A DNA stretch of 64,000 nucleotides from Okamejei kenojei (Eukaryota), in NCBI GenBank assembly GCA_035221665.1, contig CM069162.1, positions 17,918,001-17,982,000 of the forward strand, written 5' to 3'. Below the pieces are notes generated by a model that saw only the letters and a list, made by a program, of their open reading frames with translations, made no database searches and had not been told where the DNA came from. This document shows positions 52,951-64,000 of the stretch, piece by piece (positions within the stretch are counted from its first letter, which is position 1; each line of letters begins with the position of its first letter). The translations under genes were made by a program, and so were the position numbers.

Positions 52951-54060
52951 CGCCCGCATTGGCACGTTGCTGAACCAATCGTCACTTTGCGTGCGGCGCC
53001 CGGCGATGAAGGGAAGGAGTCACCGAGATAACGGCGCCGGTGCCCGAGCGCTGGGGCTGGGGCCGGGACGGGGATTCTGTTGGCGTCAAGCGGCACGCCG
53101 GCTGAACTGCGGCGACACTACGCATGCTCGCTGGCAGTCGGTGGAGCGGCAATGCGCGTGCGCGGACACGGCTGCCTGACAGCGGGCATTAAATGCGCGT
53201 GCGCATTCACGGCTCCCTGCCAGGGAGCGCCAATACGCGTGCGCGTTCACGGCTCCCTGCCAGGGAGCGCCAATACGCGTGCGCGTTCACGGATTTCCCT
53301 GGCGGTGGAGCAGCAACACGCCTGCGTGGACACGGCTCCCTGACGGTGGAGCGTCGATGCGCGTGCGCGGACACGGTTCCCTGATGGTGTGGGAGCATCA
53401 GTGCGCGTGCGCAGGGCAGCAGGCTGTGACGTCGCGAGCAGCGGGCGATGGTCCGGCGCTGGTTGCCGGGGCAGGGCGAGCTGCAGCTGCGTGTGCGGTG
53501 GCCGGTGGCCGGTGGTCGGAGCGCTGCGGCCCGGGAGCGAGGATGAAGCAGAATGGAGCGATCAATCCGATCAACGTGGACGCCGATTCCAGGGGCCAGG
53601 GCGGGGCTGCCGAGCCGGCGGCAGCAGCGGCTCCGTCGCCCGCTGTTGGCTGGAGCCTGAGGCACAAGTGCGCCGCGTACATGCTGGCGCTTCGACCCTG
53701 GAGCTTCAGCGCCTCACTCACCCCCGTGGCCCTGGGCACGGCGCTGGCCTACAAGAACCTGGGTGAGCTGGACGTGCCCATCTGCCTACTGGCGGCCCTG
53801 GCCGTGTTGGCCGTGCACGGAGCCGGCAACCTGGTCAACACCTACTACGACTTCAGCCGCGGCATCGATCACAAGAAGAGCGACGACCGCACGCTGGTGG
53901 ATCGCATCCTGGAGCCGCAGGACGTGGTGCGGTTCGGAGCCTTCCTCTACACCTTGGGCTGCCTCTGCGCCTCGTCCCTCTATTACTTGTGCAAGCTCAA
54001 ACTCGAGCATTTGGCTCTCATCTTCTTCGGGGGGCTGTCCAGTTCGTTTCTGTACACTGG
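52880..54060. promoter_or_regulatory. CpG island, probable bidirectional MTOR/UBIAD1 promoter
   Basis: Strongly GC/CpG-rich block in an AT-rich window. YY1-like GCCGCCATGTTG at 52896-52907, GC boxes near 52945-52956, opposed CCAAT boxes at 52958-52962 and 52975-52979, CRE-like TGACGTCG at 53427-53434. Confidence 0.8.
53140..53415. repeat. Minisatellite, 7 units of 40-44 bp, each with an NRF1-like TGCGCGTGCGC(A/G) core
   Basis: Cores start at 53153, 53194, 53234, 53274, 53317, 53358 and 53402; a 40 bp unit is exactly repeated around 53206-53292. Confidence 0.9.
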
Positions 54061-54062
54061 AG
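53543..54062 (+). CDS. UBIAD1: UBIAD1 coding exon 1
   Basis: aggATG at 53543 gives an N-terminus similar in length to human; donor G|gtacgt. Confidence 0.93.
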
Positions 54063-57000
54063 GTACGTGGAAGGAAACTCGCTTAATTACAATTACAAAA
54101 ATCCATAAAATTGCAGGTGCCAGTTATCCGGAATGAAAATATAAGGCAGGAAATTTCAGCTGGATAATCCGCATCTGCAAAGAGAAACCACTTAACGTGT
54201 CAGGTTGAAAATCCTTGGCCAGTTTTTATGAAGGTTATCGGACCTAAAGCTATTTCTCTACACACATACGCTACTTAACCTGTTGTGTTTTGCCTGCATT
54301 TCAACTTTTCCGTTTTTATTTCAGTTCCACTGGAACATGTTTCACCAGGAACCATTCATATTTCCAGTTTTCTTTGAACCGTTTTATTACTTTCTTGACT
54401 TTGCCAATTGTATTTTATTTTAAAGTAACTATGAAGTTTGTATAGCCGCATTGTTATTCATGGTGTTGCTCTTTTAAAGCAATTTAGACCCACATAATTT
54501 TGAATTATTTCAAAACTAAAACTAAAGAGAGTGAAAGTAAAAACAGAAAGGTCTTATAGTGAGGGGGATACAATGTGTTGGAGTAGATGAACTGGTCAGG
54601 CAGCTATGTTCCAGGGAACATAGGCAAAGTTTCAGGTTGAGACCTTTCTTCATACGAAAGCATGTTGCTGTCTTTCATACTGACGTTATTTTATCACACT
54701 TTTTGCTTACATTGCACAACAGTTTACGTTTTCCTGTGAAGCTGGCGAGTTTTGAGGAGTGGTAAATATACACGTACTATAGACACTCGTGAAGAATACC
54801 TTTTTTCAGATTGAATCCTTTAACAGACCTGAATTGTATTTCAAAAGATTGGATTTGCTCCATAACTTTGTAATTTTTCTCTCTTTAATCTAGGGCTTGA
54901 AACCTACCTGGTTTCACTTCTGTTTTAATTACCTTGTGTCAGGGAATAGAGTAGAAAGGCTGAGCTAATTTTGCATTTGCAGAAATGAACCATTATTACA
55001 CGGCTTTGATCGGAAAACCCCCTTTATTTGGCATTTGGTCCTTAGATAACCAATTACATAGAAAACGTAATAATGTGCTACATGATAATTTCCAGTCCCA
55101 ATTGTTTGACACCTGGTTCTATTAATAGTTCAGATGGTAAACCAGTGGTTCAGAATATAAAATGGTTGTGTGGCTGGAACTAGAGTCCAAGCTGTGGGCA
55201 GCTATGGTCAGAGATGGGTCAAGAACATGTGAAGGTTTGCAGTTCGAACACAAATCAATCCTACATGTATACTTGCCACTCATCTCAACTAGATAGAGTC
55301 ACTGGAGAACATATGTAATGTAAACAAAGTGATATAAAAGGAGTTTGATATGAATTGGGGGGGGGGGGGGGTGTATCACTGTTACATGCACCGAGGGACA
55401 GTGAAAAGTGTTCCGCATCCTCCCCAAACAGGTCAGATAATTCCATGCATAAATACAACCATGTCAAACTTAAACACAATAGGTAGAGCAAATAGAAAGA
55501 TACACAGTGGAGAATATAGTACTCTGCATCGCAGTGGTGCATTTCCATAGTTAAAGTTCAATATCCACATTGAAGCAAAAGTGAATTGGACAGTACCGTA
55601 GCAAATGGAAGAACCGTCAGAAACTCGATAACAGGGAATAAACTATTTCTGAGTCTGGTTTCAAGCTTCTGTACATTTTGCCCGACAGAAGCTGGGAAAA
55701 GAAGAAATGACCGGGGTAGAACAGGTCTTGTCCATCCAATAGTCTGGAAAATCTGGTCCAGCACTAGCAAAGTCCCAAGAATGTCAAGTTACTGGAGTTT
55801 ACTGTAATTAATATTTTTTAAATTATTTGCTTAATAATATTTACAATATATATATATATTTAACGTGAGGGGGAACTTCTTTACTCAGGGTGGTGGCTGT
55901 GTGGAATGAGCTTCCAGCAGAGGTGGTGGAGGCAGGATCGATTTTAACATTTAAAAGTAAAGTGGATAGGTATATGGACGTGAAGGGAATGGAGGGGTAT
56001 GGTCTGAGTGCAGGTAGATGGGACTAGGGGAAAACAAATGGTCGGCACGGACTGGAAGGGCCGAGAGGGCCTGTCTCCGTGCTGTAATTGTTATATGGTT
56101 ATATATATATATATATATAAAACGTATGTAAGATACAACATATAATTTACACTAATATAAACAATATAACAGATAGTGTCCTTGCTTCACTGCTTCAGGG
56201 ACCTGGATTCAATTCTGAGTTTGAGTAGCGTGTGAAGTCTCCACATTTTCTGTGACCACGCTTTTTCCGGTGCTCCAGTTGCATTTCGTTTATTCATTTG
56301 TTCTAATCTCTATCGCCGTCTATATCTTGTTCCACTTTCCCCTGACTCTCAGCCTGAAGAAGGTTCTTGACCCGGACCATCACATATTCCTTTTCTCCAG
56401 AGATGCTGTCTGATCTGCTGAGTTACTCTAGCTTTTTGAGTCTCCCGTCCAAGACGTGTTGATGGGATAATTGGCTACTATAATCTATCCATTTTGGTAG
56501 GATTATGGTAAAAAAAGAATCAAAGCAGAGCTGATGGACGCTTGTAAGAAAGTAAACTGCAAAAGTTGAGGGAAATATGAGGGTCAACGAGGAACTGCTG
56601 AGCAAAATGGCGACCTCTTCGGTCACTGCAGATAAAGTTCAACATAAGGCACTGAATAACAGTGCAGAGTTGATGGGTGTGAATGAAAAAATGCTACTTT
56701 GGGGAAAATCTGGTAGAAAAAGTGGGGGACAGTGGCTTTATTGACTCAAAGAAACATCAGCAGCACTAGGAAGGAATTAGCTCCCTGACTAATGTAAATC
56801 AAACCACTGGGTTAGAATTACGCAACAGTAAAACAGAACGACTAGATTCATATGAAATGAAGTAACATTAGGAGTGAACAAGAGCGTAACATTTTTAGTC
56901 AAGCATAGAAAGTTTGTGGTAATGGTGGACATTCATTAATCCCTATTATAGATTTGCAGTGTAATAGAGAGCCTTGCACTTATTTTATCTGCACCTTCTC

Positions 57001-58370
57001 TATATTAAATGCTGTAACACAGTATTCTGCACTTTTTTTAATCACTTTGCACTACCTGTCGTGCTTGTGCATGATTTGATTGTACTCGTGTATGATTTCA
57101 CAGGATAGCACACAAACAAAGCTTTACAATGTATTGTGGTACATATGATAATTATAAACCAGTGCTAATACTAATTCCCTAAAATGTGTTTAAGAGTATT
57201 CTTAGAACATAGAACAGTAAAGCACAAGAACAGGCCCTTTGGCCTATAATGTCTGCGCTGAGCATAATGTCAAGACAATCTCTTATCTACCTGCGCATAA
57301 TCCATTTCCCTCCATTCCCTGTATATACGCGAGTAGAGTCCAGCTGTACATAGAAACAACAGGTAGTGCTTAGAAAAAAGTACAGGTGCACCACCAATTT
57401 TCCAGCAACTGATAGTCTGGCACATTCTGTAATCCGGACAAAATTACAAGAGCACACTTGAAATCTTCCCCCACCAGTTGTCCTACAACTGTGCATTTAA
57501 ACATTCAAATTCCTCTTTCAGCATGCATGAGCATCAATTAAGTGGTCAATAAGGCCTTCAGTTTGATATTTAGATACTTTGTAATAATAATGTATAGGAA
57601 GGAACTGCTGATGCTGGTTTAAACCGAAAATGGACACAAAAAGCTGGAGTAACTCAGCTGGTCGGACAGCATATCTGCAGAAAAGGAATAGGTGACGTAT
57701 CGGGTCGGGTCTCAGGAAAGGTCTCGACCCAAAATGTCATCTATTCCTTTGCTCCAGAGATGCTGTCTGACCCGCTGAGTTACTCTAGCTTTTTTCTGTC
57801 TATCTTGCAGTAATATTGTATTTTGTGTTTATTTGCTGCATTTGAAATATGCTAACCATTGTCGCTTTCTTTTGGTCTTCTATAGGTATCGGATTTAAAT
57901 ACTTTGCCCTTGGTGATATCATCATTCTGATCACCTTTGGACCACTTGCTGTGATGTTTGCCTATGCTGTTCAAGTGGGTTACTTGGCCATCTCCCCGTT
58001 ACTTTATGCAATTCCTTTAGCCCTCAATACAGAAGCTATCTTGCACAGTAACAATACTAGAGACATGGAGTCTGATAAGCAAGCTGGGATAGTTACCTTT
58101 GCCATTATTATTGGACCAACATTATCTTATATTGTGTATAACCTACTAATATTTATACCCTATGTTATATTTAGTATTTTGGCAACTCATTATACAATCA
58201 GCCTCACGTTGCCACTTTTAACTGTGCCTTTGGCATTTTCACTTGAACGACAATTTCGAAGCCAGCATTATGCCAAAATTCCCCAGAAGACTGCAAAACT
58301 GAATTTTTTACTGGGATTATTCTATGTATTTGGTATTTTGTTAGCTCCACCAGGAACCTTGCCAAACTAA
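53543..58370 (+). CDS. UBIAD1: UBIAD1 prenyltransferase (MK-4/vitamin K2 synthase), 2 coding exons, 334 aa
   Basis: [23 protein letters not shown] (NxxxD), DDRTLVD and [11 protein letters not shown] motifs; 520+485 nt = 335 codons including stop. Confidence 0.97.
55862..56100 (+). mobile_element. CR1 3' end between (TA)n tracts in the UBIAD1 intron
   Basis: CR1-type 3'UTR ending gggccgagagggcctgtctccgtgctgta. Confidence 0.7.
57595..57805. mobile_element. Penelope-like fold-back element about 80 nt upstream of the UBIAD1 exon 2 acceptor
   Basis: Same inverted arms as 11347-11560. Confidence 0.7.
57886..58370 (+). CDS. UBIAD1: UBIAD1 coding exon 2 ([11 protein letters not shown]...PGTLPN*)
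   Basis: Branch-like gctaac at 57851, pyrimidine tract, tatag| acceptor; TAA at 58368-58370. Confidence 0.96.
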
Positions 58371-58551
58371 AAACGCAGACTCATTTCTAAATGGCAGTGT
58401 CCAAACTGAAGTTAATTACACTTTGGTTTTAATTTTGTAGTTTGAGCTTTGAAAAGATAATGTTCTAACTGAGCCCCTGTTCCTGTTAAAGGACGCAAAC
58501 TCTTTCTTTAAAGGACACCGCTTTCTATCGCCGAACAAAGGCACATATGGA

Positions 58552-58557
58552 AATAAA
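58552..58557 (+). terminator. Candidate proximal poly(A) signal AATAAA for UBIAD1 (another at 59385-59390)
   Basis: Hexamer about 180 nt after the stop codon; usage unverified. Confidence 0.35.
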
Positions 58558-61500
58558 ATTGATAATGCGTTGCATTACAGTGACAAAGTGGATTAGAAAA
58601 TGGTATTGGCGCCATGAAAATAATTTTGTTTCGTTTTGCTTGAGTTGTGACAACAAGTGCAATGTTAGCTTTGTGTTATAGTTATATTTCAACTAGATAC
58701 TGCAATGGCTTTTTTTAAGCATTTGCCTTATCCTAAGCAAAGTTTTATTTAATCACAGAATATAAATTTAAATGTAATGTCCAATTTTCAATTTCAGAGC
58801 TTTATTTTAAGCACTTAAATGGTTACCAGTGAAAATCATTCTTAGCTTGTAATGTTATAGCCTGCCATGTGAAATTAGATTGCATATTTTATATTATGAC
58901 TATAATGTTGATGCCATTGTAAATTTGTCCCATTGTATCAGCATGTCCAGATAATATAAGTTATACAATTAATATTTGGCAGCACAAATGATGCACATAT
59001 AAATTATAGGAACTAAGAAAAATGGGTCTAGGAAGTAATACTCTAACTCCCAATTGAAAAAAGGACTAAGAAGCATTAGATTTATTTTGACTTTTATAGT
59101 CATTTTGATTTCTTGATTGTAATTGCATTCCAGTGCCATTATTTTATATTTTGTGATAAATTGTAGGGTCTGATTAATGAGAGTTGTTAGCCATATTGGA
59201 GTTTTGTTTTAATTTTGGGGCTTTATTTAATTTTGAAGATGTAATATATCAATTGTTAAAAGAAAATTGGCAAGATAACTGGATCTGCAAAAAAAAATAT
59301 CTCCTTCAGATTTATGTGGTATTTAACATTTTGTATTTTTGCTTAAAAATAATTCAAATGCTGAAAAAGGTCTGAACAAAAGAGAATAAATAGATGTTTT
59401 TTTCCTCTTTGCATACCTCAAAGTTGTCGAATATAAATAATGAATGATCAGCAATCATTTGCCCTTAGTGCTACTTGGCACTGTTTGAATTGTGGATGAA
59501 TCATACTTGCCTTTGAAAAATAGTGATGAATCATATTTGTGGAAAGTCCAACATCAGTACATTGCTCTCTTCAGCCCTCAGCAAATTCCCGAAATGATAC
59601 ACGCCTCGTGCTTTCCAGGAAACCTACATCATTGGAACTGTAGTTTGCAGCAGCTCCAAACATGGAAATTGATTTACTAGTTTTCCATGGAATTCTGTCT
59701 TATTTTTATAATGCCCGATTGTAATGTATCATCTTTAGCTGCTTTTGGAATGTTCCCAACATTAAATCCTTGAGAACCTTGATTAATAGATGTCCCCTCC
59801 AAACCTGGACAATGATGTTTCTTCTGCAGAGATTGGAAAAGGCATGTCTTGCAATTGGGTTGCGATGTTTTGTTTATTTCAGCACTATCACTGGAAAACA
59901 AAATATGGAATGAAATGTGATCGTGGCCGTTTTTGGTCCTTTGTGATATTCTGGAAATCCAATTGGGCATTTCATGGTTTGATTTGTGCTTGTGACTCTG
60001 ACCAAATTGGTCATTCTCATCCAGTGGCCTGTCTTCAGGAGAAATGAGTCCATATGCCCTGATTATTCTCATGTTTAATGGCTCTCAATGTAACATTTTT
60101 TATTGACGAGCTGGATTAAGGCAAGTCCTATAATGCTTTACTATTTTCACCCCTAGCTCTAAGGTGCTCTGCTCAGAACTACCATAGTTGATCTGTCATG
60201 GGTTCACCTGGACTGGCACCAACTGAGGAAAGTCTCGTGGTGCTTTAAAATTTCAGCCTTTGATCACTCGTCTGACCAACATGGTTTATTTAGTTTCAGA
60301 AGAATCTCCAGCTGTGCACATTGTGGAATACATGGAAGCAAACAAATTAGCTTCCAAGTCTGAAATTATCTTTATTGAGCCAAGCAATGACATTATACTA
60401 ACACTGTTATTCAGTAGATGAATTAACCCATATCTTCCAGTGTAGATTCTTTTGAATGTCAGTCTTTGATGACATTACAAATTGGAGATAACCACTCATT
60501 CTGCTGGAAATGTAATCATTAGACCCGCGTGGATCCAGCTGTAAGAAGAGTCCGAGTATAAAGAAGGGTCCTGACCCGAATCGTTGTTTGGCCTTTTCCT
60601 AACACTGATGCTGCCTGATGCAGTGAATCCCTCCAGCATGTTTGTTTCTTTATTGCAGTTGCAGTCTCTTTGTATCCATCAAAAAGTAGCTTGTTCTCTG
60701 CAAATCTTTTGCAGTAAGGAAACTTACTGACCTTCACCAAACTGGGAAATAGGGCAAATGATGAGAACAAGTCAAAATCCAGTTAAATATTTGGTTTCTT
60801 GCACTATCTATTCATTTGGGAATTAGCTGTACAATATTTTTGCTAGAAGAATCATATTTGGGCTTTTTTTTTTAAAGCATAAAGTTAGGGCCATCAAGTA
60901 AGTTATTGAGATATGTAGCTAATTAATTAATTGTGCAGGCACCTCATGTTTATGCTTGTTTGATTTATGCATTTTTGAAATAACATGCTGTTATTTATTA
61001 CCAAAACCTAATATACACGCTGTATTTTGAAATGTGCTCCAATTTACGTGTTTAAATTTTTACATTTAAGCATTTTTGATTCGCGTGCTGATTTTCAATA
61101 ATGTTATCCCTGCATAAAATCTGACGTGCCAGTACTCCCAAAGAATGTGAACGTGTATAGCAGCATTTCATCTCTGCACAAAATTGTCTCTGGATGAATG
61201 TCAAGCTTTTTAATTGTTCAAACATGCTTGTGGTTTTTTGGGCAAGACAAAGACAGCTCATTTTCCACAGATCAAGTTTACTTGAAACATATAAGGTCCA
61301 TATTATTTCATGAATACCAGAGGCTTCATTATTCAACTCTCGATGCAAAGAAAGCACTGCCTGTTAAAAGCCACAAAACTAATCTTCCTCTTTATCATAT
61401 TCCACATCAATCCGGGATCATTGGATAGGGATTCTTTAAATAATTTAAATGCCCACTTCCCAATTATCCTAGAATCGCTTCCTAATTATTACAATGGTTT

Positions 61501-63569
61501 AGATAAGGTCATCTTCCAAATATCTTGCAGGTCAGGCAGCATCTGTGGAAATAATCTTGGACTCAGTCCAGAGTCTGGAAAGAACTGAAGAAGAGCCCCA
61601 GACATGAAACATTAGTTTCTCATTCGGCAGATGCTGCTTCATCTGCTGAGTATTTCCAGCCATTTTTCCATCGTCAAATCATTTTTTCGATTGAAAGAAC
61701 ATCTTTGATTCTCATGTTCAGTGCCACGTTAGGTAGTAAACCATTTAAAGTAGGACCTTTAGCAAGTTGGGCAAGTCATATTTTCGAAAAAGTGCTGCTG
61801 TCTTCTCTGTGTAAAGATAAAACATTTGGCCATGTAGCTGTCAGGTACAGACGATCAATTTTCAAAAAGACATTTGTCATCCAGTTGAACCCAAATCCAG
61901 TGTCTGATTGCTTTTTGAAGAACATGCTGGATTATTAGTTGGGCTGGTTTTACAGAAACGTATTCAGACAAGGCAACATGCCGTTACAACATTTTACTTG
62001 AAGTAAAATCTGAATTGGGTTATAAATTAGATTATTTTTTTTGTATTTGATTCAAAAAGAAACCTTATGAGCAAACAACGTTGTCACGATTATTTTTCAA
62101 TATTCCAAGATGCGCTTCAGGAAAAGTAGACATCATTAATTTGAAGAACATGTTTGGAAGGTTCTTATTTGAGAAACATTTAACAAACAGGTTTCAAATG
62201 GGGGTGCTGTTCCAATACCCAATTGCAGGTAGTTCTGCTACAATGCTGTTTCGATAATGCAAATTTGTTATAACATGCTTTCCATTGGTTACTAGTGAGC
62301 CATTTAAAAGTTATTTTGAAATTGGACAACATTTAAAAAACGCTGTCTTGGGGGGAAAAACAGTTTATGGGGGGGGGGGAAGAAAAGTGTATTCCGTGTA
62401 AGTGCTTGGCAGTAATTTGACAGCATTGTTGCTTAAGGACATTATTAACTTTACTGCGGGTGGCAATTGAAATTGATAAGTGATTATTTTGATGAACACC
62501 TGCAATGATACTCTATTAAACAGTGGCAATTTACAATGTATATTTCTGGCCTTCAGATAAATAGAACTATTTTAAAAAGCCCCGTTTATTTTTGAAAATC
62601 ATGTGGGAAAAATTACTTTTTTTGCGAGTCTGAAACTTTCCAGCCTGTAACCCCCCCCCCCCCCCCCCCTTGCCCCAATGACAATTGTCATTCATTGCGG
62701 GGGTGGGTTCTTAGGAACACAACTGGGTAAATAAAACTCATCACACTGGGCATTATAAGATTTGTGATGGGAATCTTATAGATACATTGCTTTGATGTTG
62801 AAAATACACTTAACTTGAAAATACACCTAACAACCACAATACAGTGCACATTTCCTTTAAGCTTTATACTTATTGGAAATTTGATTCCTAACTGTGCAAC
62901 AGTGCAAATCAGTCTGAAGAAGGGTCGACCCGAAACGTCGCCTATTTCTTTTCTCCAGAGATGCTGCCTGTCCTGAGTTACTCAAGCATTTTGTGTCTAG
63001 CTTTGGTTTAAAACAGCATCTGGAGTACCTTCCTATACACTAACGGTAAACTTGGCCACCCTCCATTATATAGATGGATAAACCTCCAGGAACATCTTTT
63101 GTGAGAAGGAGCAAATGCCACAGCGAACATTGGAAAAGAAACAATTCTCCAAAATTAGGCTGGCTATATGTTGCTATTGTAAAAAATATGTCTACTTTTC
63201 AATCCTTGAATAACTTGAATCGGTATCACGTTGGTAGAAATCCAATATCTTTATACTGTTTTATACAAAGCAATTTTTATATTGAGTATAGCATGAGTTT
63301 CTATGTTATAAAACAGTATGCTGAGATTTGTTGATAGATTTTATTATTGCTGTGTTGCTCGGACAAAAACATCTATTGCAATAATGTGTTTTCATAATGT
63401 CAACAAATTGTACATTATTTATAGTAAATCCTTGATTATTCTAATAAATTGCCTCTTGGATTTACTACATTCTGATTCAAATGATTATGCTTTTATACTC
63501 TTAGCATTAGGTGTCAGCATTAGGTATCATCCGAGGAATGATCACACTCGCTCACACTAAACTCCTAAA

Positions 63570-64000
63570 AAGTGGCAGATATAGGCCATTTGGTCCATCA
63601 CGTCTACTCTGCCATTCAATCATGGCTGATCTAACTCTTCCCCCCCCCCCCCCAACCCTACTCTCCTGCCTTCTCCCCATAACCTCTGACACCCGGACCA
63701 ATCAAGAAGCTATCTATCTCTGCCTTAAAAATATCCACTGACTTGGCCTACACAGCCTTCTATGGCAATAAATACCACAGATTTCCCACCATCTGACTAA
63801 TGAAATTCCTCCTCATCTCCGTCCTAAAGGAACGTCCTTTTATTCTGAGTCTATGGATTCGGCTCCTAGACTCTCACTCGTGAAAACATACTCTCCACAT
63901 CCACTCTATCCAAGCTTTTCACCATTCAGTAAGTTTCAACGAGGTCGCCCCCTCGTCCTTCTAAACTCCAGCGAGTAGAGGCCCAGTGCCGTCAAACATT
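63570..64000 (-). mobile_element. CR1 3' end, running off the window
   Basis: Similar to 17455-17880. Confidence 0.78.

Noticed and set aside
53140-53415. CRISPR-like periodic array
   Set aside because: Vertebrate promoter context, inter-core segments are related to each other rather than unique spacers, and no cas genes; it is a minisatellite.
52857-54086. Several overlapping GC-rich ORFs on both strands
   Set aside because: Expected from stop-codon scarcity in a CpG island; only the UBIAD1 frame has recognisable homology.
59677-60072. 131 aa minus-strand ORF downstream of UBIAD1
   Set aside because: No recognisable domain or exon structure; compatible with chance.

Overview
Eukaryotic, AT-rich, repeat-dense vertebrate genomic DNA. 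The repeat complement (HE1/V-SINE-like tRNA SINEs, CR1, Rex1/Babar, Penelope-like fold-backs) suggests a cartilaginous fish, probably a skate or ray; this is an inference. Two genes sit head-to-head around one CpG island (about 52.9-54.1 kb). MTOR lies on the minus strand: 19 coding exons traced from the ATG at 45011 down to 1521, giving 3066 nt or 1022 codons of N-terminal HEAT-repeat region, with one GC-AG intron; the gene continues past the left edge. UBIAD1 is complete on the plus strand (2 coding exons, 334 aa). Main unexpected signals: (1) a 120-140 bp retroposon, present twice, whose 5' end folds as a minimal HDV-like ribozyme and whose tail is (AAG)n, with one copy's target-site duplication copying the MTOR exon 18 splice donor; (2) about 20 Penelope-like fold-back elements carrying a hammerhead-ribozyme-like core; (3) a phased array of about 41.5 bp units with NRF1-like motifs in the shared promoter; (4) candidate uORFs for both genes; (5) an 82-bp-arm hairpin just upstream of MTOR exon 12. 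MTOR exon numbers assume one non-coding first exon, as in human. All alignments and folds were done by eye; no database searches were run.
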